The notes under the pieces were generated by a model. That model was not told the origin of the DNA, ran no database searches, and worked only from the letters and a program-made list of their open reading frames with translations. 64,000 bases of DNA from Oligoflexia bacterium (GTDB taxonomy: Bacteria > Bdellovibrionota > UBA1018): contig CAITVN010000072.1 in the NCBI GenBank assembly GCA_903895855.1, forward strand, positions 67,932 through 131,931. The letters are read 5' to 3'. Every line of letters begins with the position of its first letter. The stretch's first letter is position 1. This document shows positions 21,855 to 31,700 of the stretch, piece after piece. A program made the position numbers and the translations under genes.

Positions 21855-22100
21855 TCACAGAACATCTAAGTCAATGATTCGAAAGTCTCGACCCAGTTTC
21901 ACAAAATCTAAAATCAATTGAGCTTCTTCTAAGATCGACCCTTTGCAAACTTCTGGAAAGCAAAATTCAAAACAGTGCCGATCGACACCGCTCAATTCTC
22001 CGAGCTCTAAATGAATTTTGACCACCCGCTCAAATTTTTCTCGCACCGCAATTTCGGCAACCTGTTCGACAAGCGCCGTTGCTAATGAAAGCTCATGCAT
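21855..22100 (-). CDS. hypA: HypA-like nickel insertion protein, truncated (no zinc-finger domain)
   Basis: 81 aa with an MHE N-terminus (Ni site) and a HypA-like helical N-domain. The ORF stops 29 nt before hypB, and no CxxC...CxxC zinc motif is present. Confidence 0.7.
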   Translation of the reverse strand: MHELSLATALVEQVAEIAVREKFERVVKIHLELGELSGVDRHCFEFCFPEVCKGSILEEAQLILDFVKLGRDFRIIDLDVL

Positions 22101-22566
22101 CGAACACCTTCGACACTTCGTTGAGTGCAGCCGCTAAGTTCAATCTTGCTGCTGGCGTCAAACCTTCTTCTAGATTCCATTCGTAACCCAAAACTGCCAA
22201 TAGAAAGGTTCGAGGCATTCGTCCATATAACTTCTGACACAAATTCAACACAGCACCAGGGCTCATCGAGTGGCTGGTAAACGCGAATTCGTCTTCGGGG
22301 GTCACCTCTCGAAACTGGTATGGCCAACTAACCCCTTTTTCTTGGCTAGCGTCAACAAAGACCACGATCTCATACTCAGAAATAAGCAGGGCGTCTTCAA
22401 CGTTGAGTTGATAATTCGAATCAAACGCCGCCCAAGCAGGTAAACTCTTCTTCTGAAGCTGCTCAATCACTTCGACCCCCAACGCATCGTCTCGACGCCC
22501 CGGGTTGCCGATTCCGTAAAATAAGACACGGTCACTAGGCTTTCGAGCCAATACTTCGAGGTTCAA
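22093..22566 (-). CDS. hoxW: hydrogenase maturation endopeptidase (HoxW/HybD family)
   Basis: 157 aa with VLFYGIGNPGRRDDALG, the HycI/HybD protease signature. Confidence 0.8.
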   Translation of the reverse strand: MNLEVLARKPSDRVLFYGIGNPGRRDDALGVEVIEQLQKKSLPAWAAFDSNYQLNVEDALLISEYEIVVFVDASQEKGVSWPYQFREVTPEDEFAFTSHSMSPGAVLNLCQKLYGRMPRTFLLAVLGYEWNLEEGLTPAARLNLAAALNEVSKVFDA

Positions 22567-24038
22567 GTGCCTGCTCCGTCAAAGTCACCCACATTTTTAA
22601 TTCTGCGGTCAAGTTGATTGCCGTCCAAATCCTGCAAGACCAGCTCTAAAGGCATCTGCCCAACTGCATGAGTCGCACAACTGAGACAAGGGTCGTAGGC
22701 ACGGATAGCAACTTCGACTTGGTTCAGCATTCCCTCAGGAATTTCCTTATGACCGTTGATCACCTTTTGTGCAACCCAAGTCACCCCGCGATTCATGGCC
22801 TCATTATTACTCGTCGTTGAAACAATCAAATTACATAGGGTGATCTGGTCATTTTGGTCGACACGGTAATGGTGAAATAAAGTGCCTCGCGGGGCCTCAA
22901 GAACCCCAACCCCTTCGCCCGACCTCTCACCGGTTTTGACCAGTTCTCCGTGAATGATATCGGGATCTTTCAAAAGCTCGCGAATCATCTCAATGGCATG
23001 CAACGCTTCAATGAGCCTTGCCCAGTGCATGTGCATCGACATGCCATTGGGTTTACCTTGAGTATAGGCTTTGTACTGCTCAAATTCTTTTTGTGCTAAC
23101 GGAGTCGGAATGAAGTCACAAGTGTTGAGCCGCGCTAGTGGGCCCACTCGATACCAACCCTTTTCAGAGCCCAGCGAAATAATGTGTGGAAACTTCATGT
23201 AAGTCCAACTGCGAACTTCTTCTGTGATGTAGTCGGAATAGTTTTGATAATCGACTTGATCAAAAATCTTTGCGCCGTCGCTATCAACGGCTCGCAAAAC
23301 GCCGTGATACAAATCAAGAGCCCCATCTTTTCGTACTAAGCTCAAGTAATTTGATGAAAATGCGGCAAAACCATCAATGAATTCGTGGTTCTTCTTGTGA
23401 TAACCTTTGAACAATTCAAGACCCTCTTGAATCCAGTCAACCATCAGGTCAACGTTAAATTCTGGAGTCCCCACCAACAACTGGTCGCGCTCTTCGGGCG
23501 TCAGTCTCTTATTCACTCCCCCCGGAATGGCTCCGGTGCCATGAATTTTCTTTCCAGCCGTCAGGTGAATCACAACTTGGCCAAATTTTCGCATCAAAAC
23601 AGCTTTTTTAGCAATCTCGGGAAATGCACCAATCACGCCGATGATATTTCGCTTGAGAGGATCTGAATTGACACCGAACAAGAGATCGGGCGAAGCCAAA
23701 TGAAAAAAATGTAAAACATGAGACTGAAAAAACTGACCGTAATGCATGAGTCGGCGCATTTTGTCAGCCGTAGCAGTTAACTCACCCGATGAGGTGCCCA
23801 CTATCACATCCATTGCTTTTGAGGCACACAACTGATGACTGACCGGACAAATGCCACAGAGCCTTTGCACAAGCACTGGCGCTTCCCAAAAGGGACGCCC
23901 CTGCACAAAGCGCTCAAACCCTCGAAATTCAACGATATGAAGCCTACTTTGAACGACCTGATTATTGTCATCAAGCTTGATCGTGACCTTGCCATGCCCT
24001 TCGACTCGAGTAATCGGTTCTATGGTTATTTTTCTCAT
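22563..24038 (-). CDS. hoxH: [NiFe]-hydrogenase large subunit, NAD-reducing/bidirectional type (HoxH)
   Basis: N-terminal RVEGHG and RLCGICPVSH motifs. C-terminal DPCLSCATH is followed by a cleavable extension. 491 aa is typical of group 3 enzymes. Confidence 0.9.
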   Translation of the reverse strand: MRKITIEPITRVEGHGKVTIKLDDNNQVVQSRLHIVEFRGFERFVQGRPFWEAPVLVQRLCGICPVSHQLCASKAMDVIVGTSSGELTATADKMRRLMHYGQFFQSHVLHFFHLASPDLLFGVNSDPLKRNIIGVIGAFPEIAKKAVLMRKFGQVVIHLTAGKKIHGTGAIPGGVNKRLTPEERDQLLVGTPEFNVDLMVDWIQEGLELFKGYHKKNHEFIDGFAAFSSNYLSLVRKDGALDLYHGVLRAVDSDGAKIFDQVDYQNYSDYITEEVRSWTYMKFPHIISLGSEKGWYRVGPLARLNTCDFIPTPLAQKEFEQYKAYTQGKPNGMSMHMHWARLIEALHAIEMIRELLKDPDIIHGELVKTGERSGEGVGVLEAPRGTLFHHYRVDQNDQITLCNLIVSTTSNNEAMNRGVTWVAQKVINGHKEIPEGMLNQVEVAIRAYDPCLSCATHAVGQMPLELVLQDLDGNQLDRRIKNVGDFDGAGT

Positions 24039-24040
24039 TT

Positions 24041-24595
24041 TTAGTCGTACCTCACTAAATCAAAATTGAGTTCATCGAGAGATTTTCCGGCGATCAAAAG
24101 ATTCAAGGCTTCCCACAGGAGATCAGCTCTTGGTGGGCATCCAGGTAAGTACCCATCGATCTTCACAATCTCATGACAGGGGTAGACTCGATCGAGTAAC
24201 ATCGGAATTTCTTCATCGTTCGGTATTTGAGAACTTTTGCTGTCTACAGTCGGGCCAGTTAAGAAAGCCTCTTTAAATAATTCAGCTACCGGAATGCCAT
24301 TTCGAAGAGCGGGTAAACCACCAGTAATGGCACATTGGCCGACCGACACTAAAATTTTGCAGTGTTTTCTAAAGTCTCTCAACACCCTGACATTTTCGCT
24401 ATTGCAGCAACCGCCTTCAATCAGGCCAATGTCACACATTTGAGTGAACTCTTTAATATCGTCGATCGGTGATTTGTCGAAAGTGACCAACTCTACTAGA
24501 TCTAAGATTCGCTCATCAATATCGAGAAGTGACATATGGCATCCGAAACAGCCCGCAAGTGAAGTGGTCGCCAGCACTAATTTTTTCTTTTTCAT
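24041..24595 (-). CDS. hoxY: [NiFe]-hydrogenase small subunit (HoxY)
   Basis: 184 aa with Cys motifs for the proximal Fe-S cluster (GCFGCH, GCP). Short group 3 small subunit. Confidence 0.85.
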   Translation of the reverse strand: MKKKKLVLATTSLAGCFGCHMSLLDIDERILDLVELVTFDKSPIDDIKEFTQMCDIGLIEGGCCNSENVRVLRDFRKHCKILVSVGQCAITGGLPALRNGIPVAELFKEAFLTGPTVDSKSSQIPNDEEIPMLLDRVYPCHEIVKIDGYLPGCPPRADLLWEALNLLIAGKSLDELNFDLVRYD

Positions 24596-25290
24596 AGCTG
24601 TTTACCATCCTTCTCATGTTTGCGATCAAACCGCCTCTGACCAATGGGCACCCGAAAGCCAACACGTTTTTGAATCAATGCGCCTACCGGGCAAATTTCC
24701 ATCGCTTTTTTTGCCGTCGCTTCTGAGACCGCCTCCGGATCAGTGACATCCACGGTGATTCGAACATCACTTCCCCGGCGCATGAATCCGAAAATTTCAT
24801 GCCCATCTTTCGCACGAACCCCGCGAACACAGCGCAGGCACTGAATGCAACGCTTATGCTCGATAAATAAGTGCGCCATTCGCGCTTCAACCTTCTGAAC
24901 CGGAAACAAAAACGGATATCGAGGCACCACAATTCGATAGTGATGGGCCAACTCTTGCAATTCGCAATTACCGCTCTTTTCACAGCTAGGACACATGTGA
25001 TTGCCCTCGACAATGAGCATTTCTACTAGAGCTCGTCTAAGATCAGTGAGCTCAGCGGTTTCATTCTCTACGACCATGCCGTTGACCGCCGGACTCGTAC
25101 AACCAGGCACAAATCGCCCTCCAACCTTTACCGTACAAACGCGGCAAGTTCCGGCAGGACTCAAACTTCGAAAATCACAAAGGGTCGGAATAAATAGTCC
25201 ATTCTCGCGCGCGGCCTGAACAATGCTCTGGCCCTCTTTGGCAACACACTCTTTTCCGTCAATCGTTAGACTAATTTGGCCTTGTTCCAT
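24592..25290 (-). CDS. hoxU: diaphorase Fe-S subunit HoxU (NuoG N-terminal-like)
   Basis: 2Fe-2S ferredoxin N-terminus plus 4Fe-4S cysteine clusters (CIQCLRC). Confidence 0.85.
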   Translation of the reverse strand: MEQGQISLTIDGKECVAKEGQSIVQAARENGLFIPTLCDFRSLSPAGTCRVCTVKVGGRFVPGCTSPAVNGMVVENETAELTDLRRALVEMLIVEGNHMCPSCEKSGNCELQELAHHYRIVVPRYPFLFPVQKVEARMAHLFIEHKRCIQCLRCVRGVRAKDGHEIFGFMRRGSDVRITVDVTDPEAVSEATAKKAMEICPVGALIQKRVGFRVPIGQRRFDRKHEKDGKQL

Positions 25291-27142
25291 CTACCACCTC
25301 ACTATCAATTTCAAGATTGGGTTTTCGGTTAGCAGCTACGCAAGAATCAATCACAGCAAACTTCAAATCAAACTGCGACAAGAAGTCGACATCTGCTCGA
25401 ACTTTCTTTTGATAAATCTCAGTGAAATTTCGAATAGTACTCAACAACGGGTGCGGTGAGCTCTGACCCAATCCGCAGCGCGAGGTGGCTTTAATCGTTT
25501 TGCCGAGCTGCTTTATATTTTCAATATCAGCGGCGGTTCCGTTTCCAACCATGATTTTCTCTAGTGCCTTAATTAGAAGGGTATTGCCCGTTCGGCAGGG
25601 AACACAGAAACCACAGCTTTCATCTTCAAAAAACTCCATGTAGTTGTGAACAATCGACAGAAGATCGCGTTTTTGACCAAAAATAGTGACGGCGCCACCA
25701 GTCGATAGATCAGAAAAACAAAGTTTTCGATCGAATTCATTCTGCGAAATACACTGGCCTGATGGCCCCCCCACCTGAACCGCTAAAACATCTTTCGCGC
25801 CACAAATTGCCAAGAGCTCGCGAATCGACATTCCCCACTCCACTTCGTAAATCCCCGGTCGTTCACAATCACCCGCGACACTGAGAACTTTCACGCCACT
25901 CGATGCTGGGGTGCCCATTTTTCTAAACCAAGCAGCACCGTTTAAAATGATTTTTGCGGCGGCTCCGAAAGTCTCAACATTATTGACGATGGTTGGCCTT
26001 CGAAGGTATCCCGAAGTCACCGGATACGGCGGTCGATTTCTCGGCTGACCTCGCTTACCCTCAGCCGACTCAATGAGCGCCGACTCTTCGCCACAGATGT
26101 ATGCACCAGCTCCAACTTTAATCTGAATATCAAAACTAAACCGAGTGCCTAATATTCGGCGGCCCAACAAATGTTCTTGGCGCATCTTTGTCAGAACATT
26201 CTCTAAATAATCCTTCAAATAGGCGTACTCGCCCCTCAAATACAAAATTCCGTGTTTGGCTTCGATAGCATAGCCAGCGACTGCCATTCCCTCAAAAATC
26301 AATTCAGGCATTTCGGTAAGCAGCACTCGATCTTTAAACGTACCGGGTTCACCTTCATCAGCATTGCACATGACATAGCGAGTTTCAGACTCGGCAGCCC
26401 GACAAAAACCCCATTTTTGGCCCGTATCAAAGCCAGCACCGCCGCGCCCTCTCAAACCAGACTGTTTGACTTCATCGATCACTTCGAGCGCTCCGTGATT
26501 CATCGCAGCTTTTAATGCGGTACCTGGTTCAAAATCGGTAAAGAACACTGGCCCTCGAACTCGAATGTGATTAGACACTTCAGCATGAATTTCTTCTAGT
26601 GCATTTTTACCATCGCCAAGCGACTCAACGAGATCTCGCACGGGCCGATTGGCTTTCATACCAGCGACTATTTTTGTGACTTTCGCGTCAGTCATTCGGG
26701 TGAAAACTACATCATTAATTAGAATCGCAGGCTCTTGATCGCACATGCCAATACAAGAAGTTGTTCTCAAACCGATCTGCCGATCACTCGTCGTTTCTCC
26801 GAATGAGATGCCCACCTCTCTTTCGAATGCCTTGACTATCGCATGAGAACCCGCCATCTCGGCAGTCGCACTAGTGTTCACATAAACTGTGTAATTACCC
26901 CGATGAGTGCGCGAAAGAAAATGATAGAATGTAGCAACTCCCTCAACATGAACGCGCGAGAGATCCATTTCTTCGGCGATGAGAGTGATTACTTGCGGCG
27001 ACAAGTGCCGCCATCTACTCTGACATTCGCGCAAAACAGCCAAAAGTTGTGTTCTATCACCGCGAACCTGATCAATGATTTCGATGATGACATTTCGAGT
27101 TTCGTTCAAATCAAGAATCGTTCTCTCGTTCATGCAGAACAT
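25271..27142 (-). CDS. hoxF: diaphorase flavoprotein HoxF (fused NuoE-like and NuoF-like)
   Basis: 623 aa with an N-terminal thioredoxin-like 2Fe-2S domain and a C-terminal NADH/FMN-binding domain (GAGAYICGEESAL) with a 4Fe-4S site. Confidence 0.9.
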   Translation of the reverse strand: MFCMNERTILDLNETRNVIIEIIDQVRGDRTQLLAVLRECQSRWRHLSPQVITLIAEEMDLSRVHVEGVATFYHFLSRTHRGNYTVYVNTSATAEMAGSHAIVKAFEREVGISFGETTSDRQIGLRTTSCIGMCDQEPAILINDVVFTRMTDAKVTKIVAGMKANRPVRDLVESLGDGKNALEEIHAEVSNHIRVRGPVFFTDFEPGTALKAAMNHGALEVIDEVKQSGLRGRGGAGFDTGQKWGFCRAAESETRYVMCNADEGEPGTFKDRVLLTEMPELIFEGMAVAGYAIEAKHGILYLRGEYAYLKDYLENVLTKMRQEHLLGRRILGTRFSFDIQIKVGAGAYICGEESALIESAEGKRGQPRNRPPYPVTSGYLRRPTIVNNVETFGAAAKIILNGAAWFRKMGTPASSGVKVLSVAGDCERPGIYEVEWGMSIRELLAICGAKDVLAVQVGGPSGQCISQNEFDRKLCFSDLSTGGAVTIFGQKRDLLSIVHNYMEFFEDESCGFCVPCRTGNTLLIKALEKIMVGNGTAADIENIKQLGKTIKATSRCGLGQSSPHPLLSTIRNFTEIYQKKVRADVDFLSQFDLKFAVIDSCVAANRKPNLEIDSEVVDGTRPN

Positions 27143-27186
27143 TTAACCACAAAATTGCGTACGGCTCTATTATTTTGAGAAATTAA

Positions 27187-28323
27187 TTACCGACGCCAAC
27201 AGAATTTTGCTCCGTTCAAGTAATCGATCACATAATCTAAGCGACAGAGATGGCGCAATCTGTGTTTGAAATATGGCAATACCATCCTGATCACAGCAGG
27301 TGTGTGTTTCTTGATATCGTGAAAAAGAACGATACCGCGGTTTTGCGATTTTGCCAATTCTAACACTCTTGTCGCGACTGATTGAGGATCAGGGTCTGCC
27401 CAATCCAGCGAGTCAATGTTCCAATAAATGTGAACCATTCGATTGTCGGCAATTCTGTCTCGTATGACGGGATCTTCATCTCCTTCTCCATAAGGCAAGC
27501 GAAACAATCCGACACGCGCTTGAATGATCTCTTCTAGTTTATTTTTTGCCTGCGTAATCTCTAACTCAAGATCAGCACCAGCCTCCATCAAATTGGCATG
27601 CGACCAAGAGTGACAAGCAACCAGGTGCCCCTCTGACAACTCAGCCGAAACTTTATCAGGCAGCGCGACGCTCGACGAAACCACTTGAAAAAAGGTAGTT
27701 TTTTGGCCATTTTCTTTCATGATTGAGATAATCGCCTCGGTGGTTTCGCCAAAATCAGGTCCGTCATCAAAAGTGAAAGCAAAGGTTCTTCGCGGAAATT
27801 CTTCTCCCGACAGATTTCCATTTTCACCGGCTGAGGGATAGACAGTGAGCTCTGACCTCACCGACAGACGGTCAATTGACTGCCTGGCTACCGCCCTAGG
27901 TAACACCCGATCAAAAGCCAACCAACGTGCGTCGAGTTGAAATCTGTATAAATAGTCACTCCAAGACAACAAATGAGACGTTTCTGTCACCTGTTTTTTT
28001 TTCTTAATGCCTTGCGCCGGCAAAACTCGCGATAGGTGTTGTTCGTGAAGCAATGAACGCAAGAACTGCAATCTTCGATACTCAACCACTTGCCAAATAC
28101 TCTCGCTCGGCTCTAACCGCAAAAACCGAAGATCAGCGAGCTCTAACTGCTCTTTCACTTGCTCAAGGGTCCGATCCCGAAGCCCAGCACTCTCGCTCAC
28201 AACCGAAAGTACCGGTAAGCGCTCTGCTGAAACTTGCTGAATAGTGAAATAGGCAACCAGGCAACAACCGAAAAAAAAAGCTCTCATCACAAATTTGAAA
28301 CCCGCACAATCGCTAGCAGTCAT
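27187..28323 (-). CDS. polysaccharide deacetylase (CE4, NodB homology)
   Basis: TFDDGP and HSWSH motifs with an N-terminal signal/TM segment. 44 nt upstream of hoxF on the same strand. Confidence 0.75.
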   Translation of the reverse strand: MTASDCAGFKFVMRAFFFGCCLVAYFTIQQVSAERLPVLSVVSESAGLRDRTLEQVKEQLELADLRFLRLEPSESIWQVVEYRRLQFLRSLLHEQHLSRVLPAQGIKKKKQVTETSHLLSWSDYLYRFQLDARWLAFDRVLPRAVARQSIDRLSVRSELTVYPSAGENGNLSGEEFPRRTFAFTFDDGPDFGETTEAIISIMKENGQKTTFFQVVSSSVALPDKVSAELSEGHLVACHSWSHANLMEAGADLELEITQAKNKLEEIIQARVGLFRLPYGEGDEDPVIRDRIADNRMVHIYWNIDSLDWADPDPQSVATRVLELAKSQNRGIVLFHDIKKHTPAVIRMVLPYFKHRLRHLCRLDYVIDYLNGAKFCWRR

Positions 28324-28346
28324 TTCTACCCCCTTTGCCCACAGCT

Positions 28347-29432
28347 CTATCGATGACTCTGACCTGAACGTGAACTGAACTCGTCTCGCAAAAATTCGAA
28401 CCCATCAAGTCCATCACTGGTCTTAAAATATCTTGCGAAATCTGAAACCATGAACGCATGCCCGTAGGTCTGCGGCACCCAGGCCGCAAAACGGTCTGAG
28501 CGATCAAGAGACAATTGAAAAATTCCATCAGGCCCATAAACTAATTTTTCGTGTTCGACCGGCGATATGGTTCCAAACATCGACGACATCACAAAATCAC
28601 GGCTACCTTGTAAAATCGAGAATCGCCAACCCGGGTAATGCTTTGCCAACTCAACCACTGGCCTGGCCATCAAGCCCGAATGTTCACCCAGGCCTGCGCC
28701 GATTTCATTGAGTCCGGCCTTGAAATCGAGCTGCATTTGATCAGAGAACTTATCCCAAAAATGGTCACCAAAATGTAGTCCAGGTGAGTCGGCGATGAGA
28801 AATTTTTGAACATTCCGAGCTCGCGCCCCCAACTGCTCAGTTAGCCATCGATCAAATTCACCTAAGTTGACCAACGCTCCAATGGCTCCTGCAGAAGAGC
28901 CCGCCAAAACTACACGGCGAACACGTGACATTTCAAACCACTTCTCTTGCGCCCACTGAGCAATCGCCAATCGAAAATTATTTCTTCCTACATGGTGTAC
29001 CTGACCAAAGGCATAGTTCGCCACATGGGTACCGATATGAACATCACCCGTACAATACGGGAAATAAACGAGAGTCGCTTCGGCTAACGGATTGAGTTCT
29101 GGGTCTTCAGAGAGAAACCCTCCAGGCTCAATCGGAAACGGCAACTGGTGAATCCAGGCCATGGGCGTCGGTCCAAAGCAAGTAGTCGAGTTCCAGCACG
29201 CCCCTCCCCCCATTAAATCAACGGCAATCAGATCTGACCTACCTGGACGAACAAAAACGCTATAAGGCGTTCCATCTCCACAAACTGCACCATCGATTTC
29301 ATGTTTTTCCCAATTGGCAAATGAGTTTGAGATTGTACAAAAAAAGACAAGACTACCCACCAGACCACCCAGCAGGCGCGCGTGCGCCCACTCGGCAAAG
29401 CCGTATTTTTTTATCATTAGTATTCCCCTCAC
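28347..29432 (-). CDS. pectin-acetylesterase/Notum-like alpha/beta hydrolase (CE13-like)
   Basis: GGGACW, YCTGD and GSSAG motifs with a signal-like N-terminus. The start is GTG at 29432, or alternatively ATG at 29417. Confidence 0.6.
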   Translation of the reverse strand: MRGILMIKKYGFAEWAHARLLGGLVGSLVFFCTISNSFANWEKHEIDGAVCGDGTPYSVFVRPGRSDLIAVDLMGGGACWNSTTCFGPTPMAWIHQLPFPIEPGGFLSEDPELNPLAEATLVYFPYCTGDVHIGTHVANYAFGQVHHVGRNNFRLAIAQWAQEKWFEMSRVRRVVLAGSSAGAIGALVNLGEFDRWLTEQLGARARNVQKFLIADSPGLHFGDHFWDKFSDQMQLDFKAGLNEIGAGLGEHSGLMARPVVELAKHYPGWRFSILQGSRDFVMSSMFGTISPVEHEKLVYGPDGIFQLSLDRSDRFAAWVPQTYGHAFMVSDFARYFKTSDGLDGFEFLRDEFSSRSGQSHR

Positions 29433-29546
29433 CTAAAAGTGTAGACGAAAAATGGGAGGGTGCAAGAATGGTCAGCGATTAAACAAAATAAATTTATCTA
29501 TATATGTCGTTTACTGGACAACGCAAAAGTCAGTTAGGTGCAGATG

Positions 29547-29590
29547 CAAAAAATAAAAAAGCCCCCACTCTCATCCTTGAGAGCAGAGGC
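29547..29590 (-). terminator. intrinsic terminator after the REC-less sigma54 activator gene
   Basis: On the minus strand, GCCTCTGCTCTCAAGGATGAGAGTGGGGGC forms a hairpin and is followed by TTTTTTATTTTTT. Confidence 0.7.
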
Positions 29591-29632
29591 TTAATCGGTT
29601 CAAACTCAACAAACGAGACTACTTACGTGCGA

Positions 29633-30691
29633 CTAGCTGTCGATCGTAGGCATCGAGCCCATCAAATCGTGTTCTCGTCGCGGAGCCGGCTTAATCATTC
29701 CACGCTTGCGAAGCTTTTCGACCAGAGTCGTGCGATTCATGTGCAGAAGTTCGCTTGCGCGATTTTTATTATTGCTAGTACGAGCCAGGGCTTGATCAAT
29801 TAAATGATTTTCAAAAGCATCAACAATTGCCTTCAAATCAAGACCCAAATTAGGAAGAACCATTCTCGGAAATTCCCAACCCGAGATGGCGCCAGTGGCC
29901 TGCGGCTGTTCTTCGACGAATTTTTGAAAAATCCTATGAGGAAGATCACCCAAATCAACAGTACCTTGGCCTTTTAGGATCACTAGGCGCTCCATCAAGT
30001 TTTCAAGTTCCCGCACATTGCCTGGCCAATCATAAGCCATCAAAGCATCAAGAATTTTTCCGACCGGAGCCTCAACTGTGTGCCCAGTGAGATCGTTAAA
30101 TTGTTTTACGAAATGATTGATTAAAATAGAGACGTCAGTTCTACGCTCGCGAAGTGACGGAACGCGAATCGGTATCACATTCAAGCGATAATAGAGGTCT
30201 TCGCGAAATTCTTTCTTGCTGGCTGCGGCCTCAAGATCACGATTGGTAGCCGCGATAATTCGGACATCGACTTCCATCGTCTTCGATGAGCCAACTGGCT
30301 CAAATTGTCTGGTCTGAAGTACGCGCAACAATTTCGATTGCAGTTGAAGTGGCAGTTCGCCAACTTCATCTAAGAACAAAGTTCCACCGTGAGCCATCTC
30401 GAAACGACCGATTCGAGTTTGCATAGCACCAGTGAAAGCTCCTCTCATGTGGCCGAAAAGTTCGGCTTCTAAGAGTTCTGCCGGAATCGCGGCACAATTG
30501 ACGACGACAAGCGGCTGCGAAGCACGATTTGAATTTTCGTGAATGGCTCTTGCCACGAGTTCCTTGCCAGTTCCACTTTCTCCTGTTATCAGAACTGTGC
30601 TGTCAGTCTGTGCGACTTTTTCGATTGTGTTAATGACGTTTTGGATTGCTTGACTTTCCCCGACTAGAGGCGACTTGAACGTGAGCATCAA
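29633..30691 (-). CDS. sigma-54-dependent transcriptional activator (AAA+ plus HTH, no receiver domain)
   Basis: [14 protein letters not shown] and a C-terminal HTH, with no N-terminal sensory domain. It is followed by its own intrinsic terminator. Confidence 0.85.
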   Translation of the reverse strand: MMLTFKSPLVGESQAIQNVINTIEKVAQTDSTVLITGESGTGKELVARAIHENSNRASQPLVVVNCAAIPAELLEAELFGHMRGAFTGAMQTRIGRFEMAHGGTLFLDEVGELPLQLQSKLLRVLQTRQFEPVGSSKTMEVDVRIIAATNRDLEAAASKKEFREDLYYRLNVIPIRVPSLRERRTDVSILINHFVKQFNDLTGHTVEAPVGKILDALMAYDWPGNVRELENLMERLVILKGQGTVDLGDLPHRIFQKFVEEQPQATGAISGWEFPRMVLPNLGLDLKAIVDAFENHLIDQALARTSNNKNRASELLHMNRTTLVEKLRKRGMIKPAPRREHDLMGSMPTIDS

Positions 30692-30747
30692 TGCTCCTCC
30701 TTTGTTGACCCATCCTTGAGTACATGAGTTTGTTGAACCGTTTTATT

Positions 30748-30766
30748 AGATACCCCCCGGGTATCT
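30748..30766. promoter_or_regulatory. palindrome AGATACCC-CCC-GGGTATCT upstream of the sigma54 activator gene
   Basis: Perfect 8-bp arms. It is located in the promoter region between the outer-membrane protein gene end and the activator start. The flanks do not fit a terminator. Confidence 0.35.
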
Positions 30767-30850
30767 GATAATAAAAAGGCTAAGCAAGTTTTGCCGCTCT
30801 GTCAAAATTTTTTCTAAGATATTATAAGATAAGAAAAAAAAACCAATGAT

Positions 30851-31408
30851 CTAGAAGGCATAGCCAAAACTAAATCCCGCCCAGAGCGACAAATTACTGC
30901 TGATCATTGCGTAAGCGGTCGCCCGAAACAGAAAACCGGCATCGCCGCGGTCTTCAAAACCTAATCCGGCCGTCGGAATAACCGCTCCCGACGAAAATGT
31001 GACGTTGCCAACTTTTGGGCTCGTGCCCACGACCGAATTCGCATTTGCCAACAAAGTAATTCCGCCAGTAGCAAAAACTGAAGACTCATCTTTGGCAAAA
31101 TAATAATTAAAATACGCAGGAATTAAAAGTGCTGTTGAGCCCAAACTATTCGAAACAGTCCCGAACGAAAAGCCAGCAGCCGTCACATCACTCATCGCTC
31201 GATCATAAAAAATACCATAGAGAAGGCCTCGGCCCAAAATTTCGCCACCCACCACATTGGGATTACTGAGTCGCGTTTGCTCTCTCGCGACAGCAACCGT
31301 TGAAAACAAAGTAAATGCGGCCAAAATCACCAAAAACAAGCGCAAAACCGATGTTTTTTTCATATTCGTTTTCCTCACTGAAAGAGCCAAAGTACCGATC
31401 TTGTCCAT
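30851..31408 (-). CDS. small outer-membrane beta-barrel protein (OmpW/OmpA-like fold guess)
   Basis: 185 aa with a signal peptide, alternating hydrophobic beta-strand pattern and a C-terminal aromatic residue (...FGYAF). Confidence 0.5.
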   Translation of the reverse strand: MDKIGTLALSVRKTNMKKTSVLRLFLVILAAFTLFSTVAVAREQTRLSNPNVVGGEILGRGLLYGIFYDRAMSDVTAAGFSFGTVSNSLGSTALLIPAYFNYYFAKDESSVFATGGITLLANANSVVGTSPKVGNVTFSSGAVIPTAGLGFEDRGDAGFLFRATAYAMISSNLSLWAGFSFGYAF

Positions 31409-31602
31409 TTTTCTGAATTCAGATCACCACGAAAAATACCCCACGCTAGAGTCAAAATTCCCAAGAAGCCGCCGGTACTCAAGCAGATCCACTGCCATTT
31501 ACTTTTCTTACGCCGAAAATGAAAAGTCAGGTCAGCTAGCACAATCATCGCGGGTACAGCAATATAGGGAAACGCTTTCACGCCAATAAAAAGATAGTAC
31601 AT
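31375..31602 (-). CDS. possible small two-TM membrane protein
   Basis: 75-aa ORF with two hydrophobic helices. It overlaps the start of the outer-membrane protein gene by 34 nt. Coding status is uncertain. Confidence 0.3.
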   Translation of the reverse strand: MYYLFIGVKAFPYIAVPAMIVLADLTFHFRRKKSKWQWICLSTGGFLGILTLAWGIFRGDLNSEKWTRSVLWLFQ

Positions 31603-31700
31603 TTCGACTTGATTGTAACGTGAAGCGAAAACGATAGCAAATCATTGCCATCACCCGTGCAGTCCAAAGGCCGCCAAGAATTCGACTTACACTCAATAGA

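Noticed and set aside
22082-22327. 81-aa ORF overlapping hoxW on the same strand in another frame
   Set aside because: It lies entirely within the well-supported hydrogenase protease gene, so it is an overlapping-frame artefact.
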